Positions 1 to 7,167 of a stretch of DNA of 19,038 nt are shown piece by piece; position 1 is the stretch's first letter, and every line of letters starts with the position of its first letter. A model generated the notes under the pieces. The model was not told where the DNA came from and made no database searches. It saw nothing but the letters and a program-made list of their open reading frames with translations. This DNA comes from Thermoanaerobaculia bacterium (lineage in GTDB: Bacteria; Acidobacteriota; Thermoanaerobaculia; UBA5066). The stretch is from assembly GCA_038245905.1 (NCBI GenBank), contig JBBRRY010000049.1:1-19038 (forward strand), given 5' to 3'. The translations under genes were made by a program, and so were the position numbers.

Positions 1-1
1 C

Positions 2-709
2 ATCGCCGCGAAGGAGCCCTGGAAGAAAGTCAAGGCCGAGGGCGTGACGCCCGCGCTGCACCGCATCCATTACGCGACGCTGGAGGGCCTTCGTGTCGCG
101 GCGTGCATGCTCGCCCCGATCGCGCCGCGCACGGCGACGGAGGTCTTCCGGCGGCTCGGCATCGACAAGAAGGCCGAGGACGTTCGCGAATCCGATCTCG
201 CTTGGGGAGGCCTCCCGCTAAACGCCCCGCTTCCGCAGGCGCCGCCGCTGTTTCCGAGGGCGGACGCGAAAGAATATTTTGCTTCGAAGGAGAAATCCGT
301 GGAAGAAGAGAAGACGCCCGCAGCGACCGCTCCATCGCCCTCTTCACCTTCAAAGGAAATCTCTTCTTCTTCCTCCGAAACAAAAATTCCCATCGACGAC
401 TTCCTGAAGCTCGACCTCCGCGTCGGCGAGGTGATCGCCGCCGAGAAGGTGGAGAAGTCGAAGAAGCTGATGAAGATGACCGTCAGGATCGGCGAGGAGA
501 CGCGCTCGATCGTGGGCGGCATCGCGCTGGCTTACACGGCGGAACAGCTCGTCGGGAAGAAGTTCGTCTTCGTCGCGAACCTTGCGCCCGCGAAGCTCAT
601 GGGCATCGAGTCGAACGGGATGATCCTCGCCGCGACGCTCCCGGAGACGGGGGAGCCCTCGCTCCTCATGGTCGACCCGGCCGTCCCCTCGGGGGCAAAG
701 GTCAAGTAA
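2..709 (+). CDS. metG: Methionyl-tRNA synthetase, C-terminal part (5' end outside window)
   Basis: Frame is open from base 2: IAAKEPWKK...LEGLRVAACMLAPIAPRTATEVFRRLG...PPLFPR (class I anticodon-binding domain), a low-complexity linker, then IPIDDFLKLDLRVGEVIAAEKVEKSKKL...NLAPAKLMGIESNGMILAA...PSGAKVK (Trbp111-like tRNA-binding OB fold typical of MetRS). Stop TAA 707-709. Confidence 0.96.
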   Translation: MAAKEPWKKVKAEGVTPALHRIHYATLEGLRVAACMLAPIAPRTATEVFRRLGIDKKAEDVRESDLAWGGLPLNAPLPQAPPLFPRADAKEYFASKEKSVEEEKTPAATAPSPSSPSKEISSSSSETKIPIDDFLKLDLRVGEVIAAEKVEKSKKLMKMTVRIGEETRSIVGGIALAYTAEQLVGKKFVFVANLAPAKLMGIESNGMILAATLPETGEPSLLMVDPAVPSGAKVK

Positions 710-1482
710 TGGCGGACGTCCCGGCCGACTCGGCCACGAAGGCGAATCTCGAGGCAATCCTCGCCTCGCCGACGTACGTCCGGGCGCAGGAGGATCTCGC
801 GTTCCTCGCGCGCCGCGAGCTGCGCGGCGTGCGCCTCATGCTCGAGCTCGAGAAGGCCGACTTCCAGATGGACGCCGAGGGAATCCGGACCACCGTCGTC
901 GTTTTCGGCGGCGCGCGCCTGAAAGAGGGCGACCGCTGGTACGCGGAGGCGCGGGAGTTCGGGCGGATCGTCTCGACGACGTGCCAGGCGAACGGGATGT
1001 GCGACTTCGTCGTCACGACGGGAGGCGGCCCGGGCGCGATGGAGGCCGCGAACCGTGGTGCGTGGGACGTCGGGGCCAAGACGGTCGGCTTCAACATCCA
1101 GCTTCCGCACGAACAGTTCCCGAACCCGTACATCACGCCGTCTCTCTGCTTCAATTTCCACTACTTCGGCATTCGCAAGATGCACCTTCTCATGCGCGCG
1201 CGGGCCCTCGTCGCCTTCCCCGGCGGCTTTGGCACGCTCGACGAGCTCTTCGAGACGCTCACACTCGTCCAGACCGGGAAGATGAAGAACCTCCCCATCG
1301 TCCTCGTCGGGCGCGCGTATTGGGAGAAGCTCATCAACTGGAGCTTCTTCGTCGAGGAAGGAATGATCACTGCCGCGGACCTCGATCTGATCTCGTTCGC
1401 CGAGGGCGGTGCCGAGGCGTGGGCGGCGATCGTGGACTTTTACGCTCGGCGCACGGACTTGCCCGGCCCGCAACTGCGCTGA
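709..1482 (+). CDS. LOG-family (TIGR00730-type) nucleotide monophosphate phosphoribohydrolase
   Basis: ATG at 709 overlaps the metG stop (TAATG). Motifs VVVFGGAR, TGGGPGAMEAANRGA, LPHEQFPNPYI, FHYFGIRKMHL and PGGFGTLDELFETLTL. The track's start at 103 is an upstream off-frame extension through metG. Confidence 0.93.
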   Translation: MADVPADSATKANLEAILASPTYVRAQEDLAFLARRELRGVRLMLELEKADFQMDAEGIRTTVVVFGGARLKEGDRWYAEAREFGRIVSTTCQANGMCDFVVTTGGGPGAMEAANRGAWDVGAKTVGFNIQLPHEQFPNPYITPSLCFNFHYFGIRKMHLLMRARALVAFPGGFGTLDELFETLTLVQTGKMKNLPIVLVGRAYWEKLINWSFFVEEGMITAADLDLISFAEGGAEAWAAIVDFYARRTDLPGPQLR

Positions 1483-1495
1483 TGGGGCGACCGAG

Positions 1496-2320
1496 ATGAC
1501 GGCGGAATTCGCGGATTCGCACGGCCATCTCACGATGGTCTTCGACGGCGGCGAGATGAAGGGCGCTCCGCGCGCCCCGCGCCCGGACGAGCTGAGGCTC
1601 CTCGTGCGGCGTGCCGAGGACGCGGGCGTCACGCGAATCCTCGTCCCCGCGACCGACCGCGAGGACCAGAGGCGCACCGTAGAAGCGGCCGAGGCGTTCC
1701 CCGGCGTCTACGCGGCCGTCGGATTTCACCCCCACGAGGCGAAGGAGTTCGACGAGGACCGGGATCTCAGAATCTTCGAGGAATTGTGCGCGTCGAAAAA
1801 GGTCGTCGCGGTCGGCGAGATCGGCCTCGACTATCACTACGACCACTCGCCGCGCGACGTCCAGAAGCGCGTCGTGGCAATCCAGCTTCGCTTCGCGAAG
1901 GAGCGGGGCCTCCCGGTCCTCCTGCACAACCGGCTCAGCGAAGCCGACCTCCTGCCCATCCTCGAAAAGGAATATCCCGGCACGCCGGAAGCGCCCCGCG
2001 GCGTCTTCCACTCTTTTTGCGCGGACGTCGCGACGGGGGAGCGCGCGCTCGCCCTCGGCTATCTCGTGAGCTTCTCGGGGATGCTCACGTTCAAGTCCGC
2101 CGACAACGTTCGCGAGGTGGCCGTCGCGCTGCCGCTCGGCTCGACACTGATCGAGACGGACGCGCCGTATCTTGCTCCGGCTCCCTTCCGGGGCAAGCCG
2201 AACGAGTCGAGCTTCCTCCCGAAGACCGCCGCGCGCCTCGCCGAGGTCAAGGGCGTCTCCGTCGAGGAGGTCGCGCGCGTCACGACGGAGAACTTCAAGC
2301 GGCTGTTTGGAGTTACGTAG
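1496..2320 (+). CDS. tatD: TatD-family metal-dependent hydrolase/nuclease
   Basis: DSHGHL, GFHPH, GEIGLDY, LLHNR, VFHSF, SFSG, ETDAPYLAP, RGKPNES and TTENFKRLF motifs. ATG at 1496 lies 13 nt after the LOG stop. Confidence 0.93.
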   Translation: MTAEFADSHGHLTMVFDGGEMKGAPRAPRPDELRLLVRRAEDAGVTRILVPATDREDQRRTVEAAEAFPGVYAAVGFHPHEAKEFDEDRDLRIFEELCASKKVVAVGEIGLDYHYDHSPRDVQKRVVAIQLRFAKERGLPVLLHNRLSEADLLPILEKEYPGTPEAPRGVFHSFCADVATGERALALGYLVSFSGMLTFKSADNVREVAVALPLGSTLIETDAPYLAPAPFRGKPNESSFLPKTAARLAEVKGVSVEEVARVTTENFKRLFGVT

Positions 2321-2360
2321 GACGTCGAAAGAAGGGCACGCGGCAGCTCACTACCCTACA

Positions 2361-4609
2361 GTGAGGCTCAGAGAATTGCTGTCGAGATACTCAACATTGT
2401 TCCTGTCCCTCCTTTTGGCACCGCTCGCGGCTCCCGCGCAGGGACCGGCCTATCGGTTGATCGAAGGCGAGGTCCCGGCCGTATCGGCGCCGACTGACAC
2501 GCGTCTCCTCACAACGGCGGGAGATCGACTCTTTTTCGTGGGGACGAGCCCCTCGACCGGCACCGAGGTTTGGACGTCGGACGGCTCGCCGGAAGGCACG
2601 CACCTCGTCCGCGACATCTTCCCGGGTCCGGACGTCGTCAGTCAGGGCGGGATCCCGGAGATGGATTACCGCTTGAACCCGACTCCCGGCCCGCTCGGGA
2701 GCCTCGGCGGCGCGGTCTTCTTCGCTGCGACGGACGGCACTTCGCGCTGCTTGCTCTGGCGGAGCGACGGCACGAGCGCCGGCACGGCTCCGGTAGTTGA
2801 CCCCGGACGGCCGGACGTTCCGGTGATCCCCTGCATCTCCCTGAACCTCGGCAACAAGCCCGTCGCGATGATTTCGTCCGGCGGTAGATTGTTCTTCCGG
2901 GCGACGCGGGGCACCGACGGAGCGTTGGGGCTGTGGTCGACCGACGGCACCGAAGCCGGAACGCGATATCTCGCTCCCATCGAGACTTTAGACGGGCAGA
3001 TCCATGCCCTCGACGTTTCGGGGGTGCTAGCGTTTCAGGGGTATGACCCCGTTCACGGTTACGGGCTCTGGAGGAGCGACGGCACTCCCGAGGGAACGAG
3101 GCTCGTCGTCACGCTCGGCGGGCCGATCCTGACGATGTCCGCGCGGGGCCGATCCATCGTCGTCGAATCGGGCTCCTCGGACATCTCGGCGTACCGGCTC
3201 TGGCTCGTCGACCTCGAGAGCGGCAGTGCCATGCTCCTTCGCAATCTTCAATGGGGAGTCACCGGAATCGCATGGTCCGGCCGGACGATCGTGTTCTCGG
3301 TCCACGGTGTCGGGGACGGCGATGGTCTCTGGTCGAGTGACGGGACGCTCGCCGGAACCGCAAGAGTCTCAAGTGTCGCGGGCGCATCCGGTCTCGCAAC
3401 GGCCGGGGACGTCATCGTCGGGAGCAGCGCGGCCGGGCTCTTCATGACCGACGGAACGACCGACGGGACGAAGAAACTCGGGAGCTTCAAGTTCGTGTCC
3501 GCACCCGTCACGGTCGGCCGCGAGGTCTGGTTCGCGGCGCGCGACGCTCAGAGCGTGCTCGGCGTCTGGAGAAGCGACGGCACCGAAGCCGGAACGCGCC
3601 TCGTGGCGAGGCCCAGTACGGATCCGGAAGTCGCTTCACGAAGTTCGCTTCGATCGGTGACGCGCTCGTGATCCTGGAGACGGGTTCCCCGAGCTACATC
3701 AGGATGTGGAGGACGGATGGCACGCGGGCGGGGACGTCGGTCGTGGACCTCCCGCGTGGTTTCACGTTGTCTCTGAACAATGCGGGAGGCCGGCTCGTCT
3801 ACGCATCCTCCGACCCGTCGACCGGCTCTCAGCTCTTCTCTACGGACGGAACTGCCGCGAATACCACGCCGTTCGCACCCGTCGTCTCATACTCGAACCC
3901 GACTAGCTCTGGCGAGCTGGTCTACTTCCTCAGTTGGCGTCCCGATGGCTCGGGCCAGGTGCTTTGGAGGACGGACGGCACAGGCTCAGGGACCTCGCCG
4001 CTGATCGAGGCCGCATCCATCACGTCGCTGATCGCCAGGCCGGACGCGTCGGTAAGATTCGTCGTTCCCGGAGCAGACGGCTCGCGCCTCTGGAGCTCCG
4101 ACGGCAGCGTCGCGGGAACGGTCCCGCTCGCAGAGCTCCCGGCGGGCGCGATGCTCTTTCCCTCGTCCGGCTCGACACTTTTCTTCTCGGCGAACGATCC
4201 GAGCACGGGCACCGAGCTATGGGTGACGGATGGCACGCAGGGAGGGACGCACCTCGTCCGCGACATTGCTCCGGGCGGGCTGGGCTCGAACCCGGCGTCG
4301 CTCGTAAACTTGGGAAGGGTGGCTGTCTTCGCGGCGTCGGACGGCGTGCACGGAAATGAGCTCTGGCGGACGGACGGCACTGATGAGGGGACGTCGATGA
4401 TCCAGGACCTCGCGCCTGAGGCCGATTCGTCGAGCCCCGGCGCGTTTCTCGAGGGCTGCGGCGGCATCGTCTACTTCACGGCCGACGCCGGACTCGGTCC
4501 CGAGCCCTTCGCGATCCCTCTCTCGGCGGTCGATTCGTCGGCGCGTTCGAAGCCGTGCCCGGTTACGGCCGGGGCTTCTGCGCCCGTTCGGCCGCGCCCG
4601 CGGCCGTAG
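2361..4609 (+). pseudogene. Secreted ELWxxDGT-repeat beta-propeller protein, split by one frameshift near 3608 (true pseudogene or sequencing error)
   Basis: Signal-peptide-like start (GTG 2361 or TTG 2376; LFLSLLLAPLAAPA-QG). Eight (E/G/L)LWxxDGT-type repeats, one degenerate, lie in 2361-3671 and six more in the -1 frame up to 4609. The second frame reads as repeat sequence (GSGSRFTKFASIGDALVILET) upstream of its nominal GTG at 3668. Confidence 0.82.
2942..3598 (+). repeat. Exact 24-bp direct repeat CGACGGCACCGAAGCCGGAACGCG at 2942-2965 and 3575-3598
   Basis: Both copies encode DGTEAGTR of the ELWxxDGT repeats. A second exact 20-bp pair (ACGCACCTCGTCCGCGACAT) lies at 2598-2617 and 4247-4266. 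Confidence 0.85.
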
Positions 4610-4613
4610 TCCG

Positions 4614-4619
4614 TAAACT
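4614..4619 (+). promoter_or_regulatory. Putative -10 element (TAAACT) of a leaderless transcript
   Basis: TANNNT hexamer 6 nt upstream of GTG 4626, with no Shine-Dalgarno in the 16-nt intergenic gap. Confidence 0.5.
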
Positions 4620-4625
4620 CCCGCC

Positions 4626-5000
4626 GTGGCCCGCCCGCCCCGCCTCACGATTGCCGAGTTCGAGAAGCTCGTCGAGAAGGCGATTGCGGAGCTGCCCGAG
4701 GAATTCCAGTCGCGCCTCGAAAACGTCGTCATCGCCGTCGAGGACGAGCCGACGGACGAGGACTACGACCTGACGGACACGCCAGACGACGAGGATCTTT
4801 TCGGGATCTTCCGCGGCCCGATGCGGACGGAGATGACGTGGGACGTACTTCCAGGGCTCCCGCCGCAAGTCGTCGTCTTCCGCAGTCCCATCCTCCGCAA
4901 CACCGGGAGCAGCCGGGAAGCGGTCCGCGAGATCAAGGACACGATCATTCACGAGCTCGGCCACTACTTCGGGCTCGAGGACGACGAGATGCCCTACTAG
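4626..5000 (+). CDS. Minimal zincin-like metallopeptidase family protein (Zincin_1/DUF1025-like)
   Basis: 124 aa: FEKLVEKAIAELPEEF...NVVIAVEDEP...LFGIFRG...LPPQVVVFRSPI...TIIHELGHYFGLEDDEM; HExxH at 4950-4964. Confidence 0.9.
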   Translation: MARPPRLTIAEFEKLVEKAIAELPEEFQSRLENVVIAVEDEPTDEDYDLTDTPDDEDLFGIFRGPMRTEMTWDVLPGLPPQVVVFRSPILRNTGSSREAVREIKDTIIHELGHYFGLEDDEMPY

Positions 5001-5003
5001 GAC

Positions 5004-5036
5004 GGTTCGGCCGGGGCTCGGAGCGCTTGCCGAACC
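5004..5036. terminator. Hairpin between convergent genes, possible bidirectional terminator or RNA-stabilising stem
   Basis: Perfect 8-bp inverted repeat GGTTCGGC (5004-5011) / GCCGAACC (5029-5036) with a small inner stem GCT-CGG-AGC, nearly filling the 36-nt gap between two stops. No U-tract. Confidence 0.45.
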
Positions 5037-6158
5037 TCAGCGGATCTCGTCGAGGAGTCGCAGAGCTTCGGCGCTCCTGGGGTCGCGCTTGAGAGCCTTC
5101 TTCGCGGCCTTGCGCGCGGCGTCGGGGCGCCCGCGGGAAAGCTCGGTACGCGCGATCGCGATCCACGGCTCCGCAAGCTTGCTGTCGAGGCCGGCGGCCT
5201 CCCGGTAGTTCCGGATGGCGCCCTTCGCGTTGCCCCCGCGCATTTCGAGGTCCCCGCGCACGATGAAGACGAACGGGGAAGCGCGCTGGAGGTCGAGCGC
5301 GGCCATCGCGGCGCGCGCCTCGGCGGATTGCCCCTGATCGACGTAGAGAGCCGCGAGGTTCTGGAGGAGCGGCGGAGAGCGGGGCTCGACCTCGAGCCCC
5401 TTGCGGAGCGCCGCAAAAGCCCCGGCGACGTCGCCGTTGCGCCACTTCGCGAGGCCGAGGTTCGCGTAGAGGGATCCGAGCCGCGGGCCGAGCTTCACCG
5501 CGATCCCGAGGTCGTGCTCGGCCTCCGCGGGTTCGCCGCGTTCCAGGTGCGCGATGCCGTCGTTGCTCGCGCGGATGGCCGCCACGGAGAGATCGTCGAG
5601 AAGAGAAACCCTCTCGGTCGGTCCCTCGCCCATCCGGTAAAAGTCGTACATCTTCGTGCGGCCCGGCGCGATCGAGTAGACGGCGACCATGTGGTTGTAG
5701 GTCACGATGAGGTTGCCGGTGCGCTCCGAGATCCCGCGGGCCGAGACGAGCGCCGCCTGCAGGCGGATTCCGAGCGAACGCCCGAGCGCGATGAAGAGGT
5801 TTGTGTAAGAGACGCAGTTCCCCCGGCGGGCCTCGAAAGCGTCGACCGCCGAGAACGTCGAGCTCCTCTCGTACTCGAACGTGAAGGCGCGCCCATCGAG
5901 CAGCGCGGCGTGCAGGCGATCGAGCCTCAGCTCGTCGGAGCCGCCCACGCCGCCGAGCTCCTTCGCGGCCGCCACCATGCGCGGCGTCGCTTCCATCGGG
6001 TTCGGCGCCTCGGCGGGCGTGACGCCGCGGCGCGCGACAAGAGCCCCCCAGCGGTCGGCGGAAAGAATGTGGCCGGGGGGCGGTTCCATCGTCGAGCACC
6101 CGGACAGCGCGCCGAACGCCGCGAGCGCGAGAAACCCGAGCCTCGCTGTCGACCTCAC
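5037..6158 (-). CDS. Lipoprotein with transglutaminase-like domain and C-terminal tetratricopeptide repeats
   Basis: GTG start; lipobox LSG-C21; TFSAVDAFEARRGNCVSYTNLFIALGRSLGI (Cys115), NHMVAVY (His156), YDF (Asp172); then about five TPR-like units (YANLGLAKWRNGDVAGAFAALRKGLEVEP; AIRNYREAAGLDS; ARKAAKKALKRDP). Confidence 0.85.
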   Translation of the reverse strand: MRSTARLGFLALAAFGALSGCSTMEPPPGHILSADRWGALVARRGVTPAEAPNPMEATPRMVAAAKELGGVGGSDELRLDRLHAALLDGRAFTFEYERSSTFSAVDAFEARRGNCVSYTNLFIALGRSLGIRLQAALVSARGISERTGNLIVTYNHMVAVYSIAPGRTKMYDFYRMGEGPTERVSLLDDLSVAAIRASNDGIAHLERGEPAEAEHDLGIAVKLGPRLGSLYANLGLAKWRNGDVAGAFAALRKGLEVEPRSPPLLQNLAALYVDQGQSAEARAAMAALDLQRASPFVFIVRGDLEMRGGNAKGAIRNYREAAGLDSKLAEPWIAIARTELSRGRPDAARKAAKKALKRDPRSAEALRLLDEIR

Positions 6159-6205
6159 AGGTGAAGTACGGTATCAGCGTCCGACGATGGGAGAATAAGT
6201 CCAAC

Positions 6206-7063
6206 ATGAAAAAGAGCTGTGGGCTCTCTGTCGCCGTCTGGTTGGTCTTCATGGGTGTCTACGGCGCCGTCGCGTGGAAGAAGACCAAGGAGCCCCCGGT
6301 GGTCGGCACGATCGCGTTCCTCGGCGGCACGTTCGCCGCGATGCTGTTCGGGTCGGCGTGGGGCCTGGTGACCGGCGGCGACGACCGCGCCGCGCTCAAG
6401 CGCGCGATCAAAGGCGATCCTCCGCGGGACGGCCGGCTCGAGGCTGCCACCGGAAACGTGCGTGCCTTCGGCACTCCGCTCGAAGCCCCGTTCACGGGCC
6501 GCCCGTGTGTCGCCTACGAGTACGACGTCAAGAACTCCGACGCGGGACGGAGCGACTTCACGGGGGTCGCCCTCGCCCCGTGCGCGATCGAGACGACGCG
6601 CGGCCCCGTGCGGATCCTCGGGTGGTCGATGCTCGGCGAGTTCGAGGCGGCGACGGGGGAGGACATCGACCTCACGCGCGGCCTCTCCTATCTCAGGAGC
6701 GCGCCATTCGAGCCTCTCGGGCTCTTGAACGCGCTCTCGTTTCTCTCGAAGCTCGTTGCCGACCAGGACGGTGCGATCCGCAAGGACATGCGCATCGCAG
6801 ACAGCGTCCCCCACCTCGAAGGAAGGCGCATCGAGGAGAGGATCGTACCGAGTGGCGGAAGGGTGACGGTTCTCGGGATCTGGTCCGAGGCGGAGAGGGG
6901 CTTCAAGCCGGCGTCGTCCATGATGATGAACCGCCTCTATCCGTTCAGCCCCGCGCCGATCCTGGCGGGCCTGCGCGGGAGCACGCTCAAGACGTTCGGC
7001 ATCGCCCTCTTCCTCTTCATCGTCTTGCACGCGATCCTGGTCCCCATGTACCTGGCGCACTGA
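6206..7063 (+). CDS. Membrane protein (2 N-terminal and 1 C-terminal TM helices) with a GIDE-like soluble domain
   Basis: ATG 6206 preferred over GTG 6161. Hydrophobic segments LSVAVWLVFMGVYGAVAW, VVGTIAFLGGTFAAMLFGSAWGLV and FGIALFLFIVLHAILVPMYL. The middle region has LEAPFTGRPCVAYEYDV and EERIVPSGGRVTVLG, which I recall from GIDE-domain proteins. The CDS is solid; the domain call is tentative. Confidence 0.7.
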   Translation: MKKSCGLSVAVWLVFMGVYGAVAWKKTKEPPVVGTIAFLGGTFAAMLFGSAWGLVTGGDDRAALKRAIKGDPPRDGRLEAATGNVRAFGTPLEAPFTGRPCVAYEYDVKNSDAGRSDFTGVALAPCAIETTRGPVRILGWSMLGEFEAATGEDIDLTRGLSYLRSAPFEPLGLLNALSFLSKLVADQDGAIRKDMRIADSVPHLEGRRIEERIVPSGGRVTVLGIWSEAERGFKPASSMMMNRLYPFSPAPILAGLRGSTLKTFGIALFLFIVLHAILVPMYLAH

Positions 7064-7155
7064 CGCTTCCTCCGACCTGGCTCTTCGGCACTGGCCGTGA
7101 TATGAAGCGCGTCCAGTAGCTTAGCCCCGGTTTCGGTTCCATTTTTCTCGCTCAC

Positions 7156-7160
7156 GAGGA
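7156..7160 (+). promoter_or_regulatory. Shine-Dalgarno of the giant ORF
   Basis: GAGGA 7 nt upstream of ATG 7168, the first ATG after the in-frame TAG at 7117-7119. Confidence 0.6.
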
Positions 7161-7167
7161 CATTCCG

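Noticed and set aside
270-390. AT-richer, Ser/Pro/Glu low-complexity stretch with TCT repeats in metG
   Set aside because: In-frame flexible linker between the MetRS anticodon-binding and C-terminal domains, normally variable; no sign of an insertion element.
103-708. Apparent 200-aa N-terminal extension of the LOG ORF
   Set aside because: Overlaps metG in another frame and is Arg-rich junk; the real start is the coupled ATG at 709.
2560-4400. Recurrent GACGGCAC-like DNA repeats as a CRISPR array
   Set aside because: Degenerate, irregularly spaced more than 100 bp apart, and explained by the coding DGT repeats; no cas genes.
7086-7101. Sigma-54-like sequence CGGCACTGGCCGTGAT upstream of the giant gene
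   Set aside because: Spacing fits GG-N10, but the -12 dinucleotide is GA rather than GC and the TT is incomplete; too weak to call.
4945-7119. Overlapping ORFs 4945-6252 (-), 5328-6164 (+), 6155-7060 (-) and 6274-7119 (+)
   Set aside because: Alternative-frame shadows of the transglutaminase-TPR and membrane-protein genes, with no protein-like composition.
7126-7148. CCG-GTTT-CGG followed by TTCCATTTTT as terminator or attenuator
   Set aside because: The stem is only about 3 bp, insufficient for an intrinsic terminator; no riboswitch-like structure recognised.
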